DNA of 63,999 nt, the filler included, from Craspedostauros australis (lineage: Eukaryota): NCBI GenBank assembly GCA_030167865.1. It is 7 parts of 7 records of this genome, joined end to end, with 100 filler letters (N's around TTAATTAATTAA, not from the genome) between each part and the next. Parts side by side here need not be neighbours in the genome. Positions count along the whole stretch, not along the records: positions 37,676 to 59,167 come from JALAGF010003418.1; positions 59,268 to 62,888 come from JALAGF010003419.1; positions 62,989 to 63,999 come from JALAGF010003613.1; 4 more parts are not named here. One strand, written 5' to 3'. The notes below the pieces were generated by a model. It was not told where the DNA came from and searched no databases. It worked only from the letters and a program-made list of their open reading frames with translations. Below are positions 56,306 to 63,999 of the stretch, in pieces. The position numbers and the translations under genes were made by a program. The stretch's first letter is position 1. The number at the start of each line of letters is the position of its first letter.

Positions 56306-58468
56306 GGCGCGCGGGTCGATGCTTGTGCTGCTCGATGTAGTATACGGTGCCTATGGTCGCATGTATTGTGCGGTTGCTGCACTTGTTCCAATAGTGAAGG
56401 TTGTGACGTGATAATGGTTGAAGAGATGTGGTGAGAGATGTGAGGAATGAATTGGCAAGTCAGGAGAATGGGAGGATTGCATCTCAACCAACGGAACGAG
56501 TTTGGATCATCCTTCCTTTCGCTTGTTCACTCCTGCTGTTGACAATGTAGATGTTGATAATGTTGATAATGATACTGCCGGTACGTACGTGCTCGTGGGA
56601 CGAGGGCAAGTCAATTCCGACAGGAGGGTGGAGCGATTTTATGGCTGGTGTGCTCAGGACGACTTTGGCGTATCTGTGGGGTCACAGCGCTTCCGACAAC
56701 AAATGGGTGCAGTGTTGGTGTTGATACACACACCCTGGTGCTGGTGGCGCGTCATGGCAGTGCGTCATGGCAGCGCGACCTGAACGATCCGCAATCGCCA
56801 ATTCTCGCCGTTGTTTCCACCCGGAGCAACCACGAGGAACACAAATCATCACTTTGTGCCTTTCGCCACACTTCTGCCTTCTTCGTGGCTAGGCCCAATG
56901 CAATACCACGTTCACAAATGATTTCTCCAGTGTACACGAAGAAGAAGGCCCTTCTGTGCTTTCAATGTACTCTGCCATACTACTACTCGTACTGCGACGA
57001 TCACCCAAGAGAAAACACTGTAAAAACACAGAGCAAAGAGAGTATTGCACTCGACGTCATCAAAAGGCATAAGACGCCGCAATGACAATTCCTCAGTCGA
57101 TGTCGCTGTCTTGTCGCTCTCGGTGGAGTATCCCTCGGTTAGTGATGAACGAACAAAGAATCCTCGATCGACGACTTTCTGGGCTGTCATGGGCAAGTCT
57201 CACAAAATTCCGAATGAGCTCCAAGAGGTGCGTGTTGTTGTGGATGTTTGTGTTTGCGGAACAAGGCAGTCGCTCGTAGCTCGTGGTTTGACCACTTCAT
57301 ACAACTACAAATCGGCTTGCTGGCTGCGACAAGTGCATGACGCTGCCGCCATCAACGATCGTCTCTCTCTCTCTCTCCACTCGTGCAAGGGCTCTATCCA
57401 AACAACCAATTGCCAAAGGAAGGAAACTCATCCACGGGACCGCGATCGACAAGCAAATGGTTCGCATTCAGCAACTTCTCACTTTCTGCGAATGCGTGCC
57501 TTGGGATCCATCGCAGACTTGAGATCGGCGAAGACCATGGAACACAGCGCCCATCGCGGCTCTTCGTTGGATCGTTCAGCAGATGAGACATCCCGAAAGC
57601 AAATGACGTAGGATAACTCCAACTTCTTCACTATTGGAATGAACATCGTTGCACTCGGCAAGGCCTTGTTCCCCTTCGTCTGAAGCATCAACCACATCGC
57701 CAAGATCCGTTGCACAAGACTGCCGGTGCTGTCTCGAAGACTGGTGACAGAGGGACGGCAAAACAAGCTCCTGTGCCTGACATTTTGAGAGGCCGGACAA
57801 GCGATTGTGCCACGGATCGACGGAGCAGACGCGGAAGGAGAAAGACACACTCAGGCTCTGCGCGCGCAAGAATCGAGATAGCCATGGGTCGCGAGAAACA
57901 TGAGGGAGTATCGCATGGAGCAGAGCGGAGCGGAGTACGCGTACGGCACCCGCGTGTGTGATACGAGCACCAATGGTCTCCTTTGCCTTCTTGTTGGATC
58001 ATCGAGCGGCTGTTGTCCGGGCGAGTCTTCGCGTTTGGTGCCACAGAGATGAACACGAATGCGGGACGGAAATCCAACCAACCTCTCTCACTCGAGTTTG
58101 GAACCCGAACACTCAGATACCAACAATCGACCAAGCCGATCAACCGGCAAAAAGACGGTATCGACTAGTACGAATAAAGAAAACCTCACAAATCAAATCA
58201 AATCAAATCAAACAGACAAAATGAAAATGAGAACTTGGTGTGTTGTTCATGATCATGTGAACGTGAGAAAGGTGAAGGATCTCAACAACACGCCCTCGTC
58301 CTTTGTGTCCATCCACAACCTGCGATGATGGACTCTCCCAAATGACCATGGGCACAGCAGAACGCTCTGCTTTCTGCCGCAACTGCTGACGCACATGGCA
58401 CGAAGACTGCTCAACATACATGTGATACCACAAACGCACACCACAGTGCACCACACGAGATTGGAACG

Positions 58469-59167
58469 ATGATGCGATCTCGCAAACAGCCAACGATGGC
58501 GACTACCGATGAGCGCGGCTCTGGCGTATCGACAGGGAATGCTGCTGCCACAATGTCGTCACAGAACCGACCAACAGGTCGAAGATGTGTGCTGAGGAAT
58601 GTTGCGCTGATCGCAGCAGAGATTGCAGGTGCTGCGTCTGTGGGGATGCATCAACCGGGCCTGGCCTCTTTCAACTTGCAACTCGCTTTGAATGGCATTG
58701 TGGAAGACGACGCAGCGAACGATCAACATCACATGTGTCAGGAGCAGATCTGGCAGCAGCAGCAGATGGATCAACAACAGGTGGATCAGCCGCCACAACA
58801 ATCGCAGCCACCCTTGAACACGCTGCCAACCATCACCATATCGCACCATGATGTCGTCTTTGATCGATTGCTGCCACAATCGCACACATTGTGCAGTGCA
58901 TTCATCATGAATGTCACAGGGACGACATGCAGGAAGCTACCGTTGCGACGGACATCAGAGACGCAAGCAAGTCTCGATGTTGTCGTCCTCGTCACTCCCA
59001 CGCTTCGCAGTAGCGCGCAACATGCCACAGCACCACTTGCACTCAGCATGCACAACGTATTCCAATTCGCGAAGGAGGGAATACGGCGAGTCGTCTTCGT
59101 GATCGCTACAGATGTGCTGCAATCATCGCCATCAATCACAGTAGCAGCAGCAACAACAACAACAACA
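58469..59167 (+). CDS. Hypothetical protein, 3' partial
   Basis: Frame of about 230 codons open to the contig end, with a Q-rich tract. No family recognised. Confidence 0.4.
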
Positions 59168-59267
59168 NNNNNNNNNNNNNNNNNNNNNNNNNNNNNNNNN
59201 NNNNNNNNNNNTTAATTAATTAANNNNNNNNNNNNNNNNNNNNNNNNNNNNNNNNNNNNNNNNNNNN

Positions 59268-62200
59268 CACCACAATCTTCCATGCATCGTTCTCCAATGG
59301 ACTCGGTCTCATCTTCAGTCCATACTCTCTCGTATCCGTCACGAACTCCATGACCCTCAGCATCTCCTTGTATGCTGCAGCTGTTGGTCCATCCAACACC
59401 TTGGTCAATTCTTGCACTGCGTTTGCGATGTTGGGTCATGAGTGCTTCACCAGGTATAGCAGCATACCTACTCCACTTCGGTATTTGCTGCGTCGCTGTT
59501 TGTTCACCTTCGGCGAGTCACTCTCTCTCTCTCTCTCTCTCTCTCTGGATGCCTTGCCCTGGTGTTCCTGGTGTTCCGTATCATTGCAGCTTCATCACGT
59601 CGTCCTTGAAAGTGTTGACAATGTTCTTGATGATGTGTGGTTGGTTCACCCAGCAGTTGGTCTCATCACGGTTGAAGTTCATCTTGCAACTGAGGTAGTC
59701 TTTGAGATCTTCCTCCACCTTGATACTGAACCACTCTGCCTTGAAGTCTCCCACAAGATCCTTCAGCTCCTGTTCATCCCCGATGCACAGGCAGTCGTCA
59801 ACGTAGGTTCCGATTGGTAGCAGTCTCCCTTCCTGATTCCGAATCAGGAGGCATGGATCCACCTTGCTCTGTCTGAATCCCAGTTTGATCAGGATGTCGA
59901 CCAGCCTCTTGGTCCACTGTCTGGCGCTCTGCACAAGCCCATAGATCATCTTCTTGAGCAACAGGCATTCGTTCTCGCCATGCTCCTCATCTGATCATAT
60001 CGTAGAACTCCTTGTTGATAGCCTTCCGCCATTTCGTACCCTTCGATGAATCTGCATGATCTCAGCATCCTTCGAATGCGGTGGGGTCCAACATCATACC
60101 TGTGTATGCATGCTCGGACGTCTCATCCCTTCTCTCATGGTTGCTGGGGTCTTCTCAGCTTCCTCAGCTGACTCACCACCTCCACTGCTTGATTCTGAGT
60201 CGGAATGGTGTGTTGGCGCGTTGTTGTGCGGTGCCAGGCCGCGTAGCATCCGTGGCATCCTCGCCACTGGTCTCATGGGAGAGTACTCGAGGTCCTTGCC
60301 TTCAGCGGCTTGCCTCCGAGTCGCTCACACTTCATCCCTTCCGCTCGTCAGGATCCGCATGATCCTAGCATTCCTCAGGCGTACGTAGACTCGGCATCAT
60401 TCCAGTGATGATGGGCTCGAATCTCTTCGCCATCGCATTCGCCCTCAACATCCTGACTCGCAGTGACAAAGTCGATCGCTCTCATCCTTCATTGGGTAGC
60501 ACCGATCCTCATGCCTGCGACGTCCTTGTTGATGATTGACCCGTCTTGTTCGAAGTTGGGTCCATCTGTTGCCATTGGAGCGGTCATCGTCTCCTGTGCA
60601 GTTGCGTAGCCATCATAATCTCCCGATTCTGATGCTTCGTTCGTCACCCTTGTTGGGAATTGCACGTTGTGGCACGCTGCCAGCTCTGTCATCGTGTTGC
60701 CTTGCAACCGTGTCGTCGATCGCCCCCATCCTCTTCTGGATAGCATTGATTCATCATGCTGCAGCTTCTTCGTCATGGGAGTTGTTGGTGGCCTCCTGCC
60801 ATTCATCCTCCATTCATCTGAGGTTCCTCCCTTCCGGCTCTGTCATTGGATTCTTCATCCGACATGCTCGCGTCTCTCATTGATCGTATATCGATGCGCC
60901 TTGGCTCACTGTATCTGGAATCCGCCCTTCATGGCTCTCGCTCTCATAGCTGTGTCCTTTCCAGATTCTAGTCTCTCTCTCGTAGACTTCATGCTCGTTG
61001 CGCACCGATCTCATCTCTCTGCGCTTGTGGTATCTCGCCGATCATTCGGCGTCCGGTTCTTCTTGATCATCTGCCATGCTCATGCTGTGGCCATATCACT
61101 GAACCGTTCCATCATGGCCTCCCGCCATTCATATCTCTTCTCGGGATCCGCATGATCCCAGCACTCCTCGAACGTCGTTGGATCCAACATCAACACCGTA
61201 TTGGCTTGTTCGGACCGCTCACCATTCCGTTCGCTCTCAACATCCTGACTTGCAGCGATGAAGTCGATAAGTCTCATCCTCCCTTGGGTAGTATCGATCA
61301 TCATGCCCGCAACGTCTCTGTTGAACACTGACCCATCCGTGTGGAAGTTGGGTCCTCCTGTTGCCGCGGGGACTATCATTGTCTCCTGCGCAGATTCGTA
61401 GCCATCATCATCTCCTGATGCTGATGCTCTGTCTGCCTCCAATTCCGAGTACAATTCTGACTCTCGTTCCCTTTCCTCTTTGGGAATCGGTCTGTTGTAA
61501 TAGGCCGCAAGGCTACTCAACATCCTCGGTGCGCGCGCAACAGGTCTCACGGGAGAGTGGGCAGTCGATTGGTCCCTCGCCACATCGCTCTGCCACACTT
61601 CGTCATTGTCCCTTCCGGCTTCATCGTCGTCATCATCGTCCGATGGTTCATCCCCTTGGGCAGGTAGCAAGTCATCTTGCTCGCGAGCAGCGTCTTCTGT
61701 CTCTGTATCGTCTCCGGCTCTTCTGCTCTGATCAGCGTTGTCGGTCTCCATGCTTCGGATGGTATCCGCACGTCACTCCCAAGTTGCTCTTCTATCTGGG
61801 GAAATCATCCCTGAAGTAGAGTCGTCATTTCCCAGGCCAATCCATACTGGCCTGTTGGCATTCTTAATACACTCGAATTGCCCACATGACTGATCCATCC
61901 ATGTCACGTTCCTCGTGATTAGGATCCTGGTTGTCGCCAGGTTCACTGTGCGGTCCATACCGCTTGCATGTGACACATGTATCCAATCAGCATCTGTTGG
62001 ATCGGAGTCAGGTTGTTGTTCTCCAGCATGTCGTCGATGGCATACACGTTGCGAGCCACATCAAGTGCGCTCTGCACGCCAATCTCATGCATCATGTAGT
62101 GCAATGCGTGTGGGTGCACGCATCTGCACAGTCGACTCTCGAAGTCATCGATCGCATCGTAGCAGATCGTCGAGACCTCGAAGCGCACATCATTCGCACA

Positions 62201-62888
62201 TTGTCAACATGTCGCTCAACGAGTATCGAACCAAGAGGCAGATCGGACCTGCATCCATGTGCAGTCCTCTGCGCTCCTCTTCGCTTGTCTCGCCTTCGTC
62301 GTAGTTGGCATTGCCGTCTCTTCCTCATTCTCGGATGAAAAGGGTTCTCGGTTGATCAACTCCTCGTGATCGATCGTCGGCTTGTAGTAGCCATACACTC
62401 CTGGAGTGTACTCGGCCATCTCCTTCCTGGTCCACTCGTAGTTATTGGCTGGTGTTCCGCTGTTGAAGTCGGAAACCCCATCGTTGTCGATCGTCACGAG
62501 TGCCATGTTGTTCGTGATCGCGTTGTCGTCGCGCATCATCGTGTAGTTTCTCATGGTCACATTTTGGTCGTTGTTCGCGATTTCGGTGATGGCCACGAAT
62601 TTCGTGTTGGTCACATTTTTGGTGCCGACCACATTTTCGTTGATGGGCATGGACATTGGCTCGTCGTTTGTGATGAGAGCGATGTCATCCATCCCGTCCA
62701 TCCTGTTTGTCGCGACCTTGGCCGACCAAGCTTCCTTCATTTCACTGTCGTGGGCATCGCGGTTAGGACATCTGCTCCTGAACCGACCAATCCGTTGTCA
62801 GTGCCATCTTTCTCTCACTGCCGTTGCCTCGTGCGCACTTATAACCGTGTTTGATACGGTGGCGGTCGTAGATGAGGCTCATGGCTCT
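59268..62888 (-). mobile_element. Degenerate, internally rearranged Ty1/copia retrotransposon (Zn-knuckle remnant, post-integrase region, RT fragments)
   Basis: RT: LKKMIYGLVQSARQW, GFRQSKVDPCL, YVDDCL, YRSGVGMLLYLVKHS. Also ILITRNVTW and DPTTFEECWDHADPEKRYEWREAM. Many stops and frameshifts. Confidence 0.88.
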
Positions 62889-62988
62889 NNNNNNNNNNNN
62901 NNNNNNNNNNNNNNNNNNNNNNNNNNNNNNNNTTAATTAATTAANNNNNNNNNNNNNNNNNNNNNNNNNNNNNNNNNNNNNNNNNNNN

Positions 62989-63700
62989 ATGGCGCTTGTT
63001 CTTGATAGTGATCGAGCGCTTTTCAGCCTCGAGCAAGAATGCCTTGTGGATCCAGTTCCTTCCTCTGGTCTTCCCGATGTTGCGGAGGGTCTTGATGGAC
63101 TTGCGCAGGGTTGCCAGATGGCGGAGGTGTCCTGTCTCTCTGTACCTTCCCGCCGCAATCAAGCCTGCGAAGAAGGGTGAGGCCAACACCATCAGACAGG
63201 TATGGTCTCGGGAAGCAAAAAAGTCGAAGGAGTCGTAGAGGCGTTCCGCAGTTTCATACCGTCGATGGTATACCAGGGTCCACTCCCGAGCATATAAGTT
63301 TATCAAATCTGCTGGAACCTCAGATGGATCCAATGACTCTTTGTCGAGACCTTGTGCGGCTTGAGCCTCGAAGTCTTGCCATGGGATCGGCTCATCACCA
63401 GTCTGCCACTTAAAAAATAGGCGCATTTCTGCGCCCATGTTGCTCGTGGAACGAACTTGATGGATGTCGATTTTTTGATGGACTGAATGGGACGCCTTGA
63501 TCAGAGAAGGCAATGCGCCTCCAATCTGAAAACTCAGCATGATAGTGATTTGGTAGTTCACGATGCCCATCTCAAACTCTCCAACTTCCATCGAATCATT
63601 ATATCCCTGCCGACATTCTCGCATCAGCTCTAGGTAAGGAGAGTTGAACGATGAGATGAAGTTGGTCCTGATGATGGATGTTGGAACATGACGAATATTC
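62989..63700 (-). CDS. Fragment of the TPR-like C-terminal region of a STAND ATPase-TPR family protein (paralog of 15414-18867); partial or pseudogene
   Basis: RQGYNDSMEVGEFE, FFAGLIAAGRYRET and NWIHKAFLLEAE align by eye with HRGYPACMQQGDFE, LYVGLMAASLYRDT and CHKNRHLIIRAE. No clear start. Confidence 0.6.
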
Positions 63701-63999
63701 AGATTCGTGTATGACCCAGTAGGGGTCACAGTTGCGCAAATGACTGCTCACACATATTTGTTTGTCCAGAACTCCTTCTCACGATCAAATGTTCCAAACC
63801 CGAAAACGGAAAATTCACAGCAGAATCCTCGAATATGACGAAAGAATCTCGGAATCTTCAGAAACAAATAATCTACCGATCGAGAGGAATCTAACGTCAG
63901 TGGGGACGTGAGGAACAGAACATGAACGTCAGCAGAGGAGCAAGACCAGATATATATGGATGAGAGGAACCACTTAGGTAAGACGTCAGGATTAGAGAC

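Overview
Eukaryotic nuclear DNA, most likely from a diatom. The evidence is GT-AG introns, ASAFAP-type plastid presequences, diatom-type membrane cyclase/PDE genes and an RxL/KxxK silaffin-like motif. The window is seven contigs joined by artificial N44-TTAATTAATTAA-N44 linkers, so adjacency across linkers means nothing. Genes: a cyclase-PDE-TPR fusion, a STAND ATPase-TPR protein plus a paralogous fragment, VIP1/PPIP5K with a C-terminal hydrophobic tail, a PWI-like/RGG protein, a DUF1244-MogA fusion, duplicated DUF4291 genes flanking a secreted KxxK/Cys-repeat protein, an M6 metalloprotease, a flavin amine oxidase, a putative Zn-binding regulator, two tandem plastid CPN20 genes and a 4-exon receptor cyclase. 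Also present: two MITE-like elements, two degenerate Ty1/copia remnants, and RPL10A and TRM7 pseudogenes. The best candidates for new biology are the DUF1244-MogA fusion, the silaffin-like Cys-solenoid protein in the DUF4291-bounded unit, and the cyclase-PDE-TPR architecture. Family calls come from motifs recognised by eye; no database search was run.
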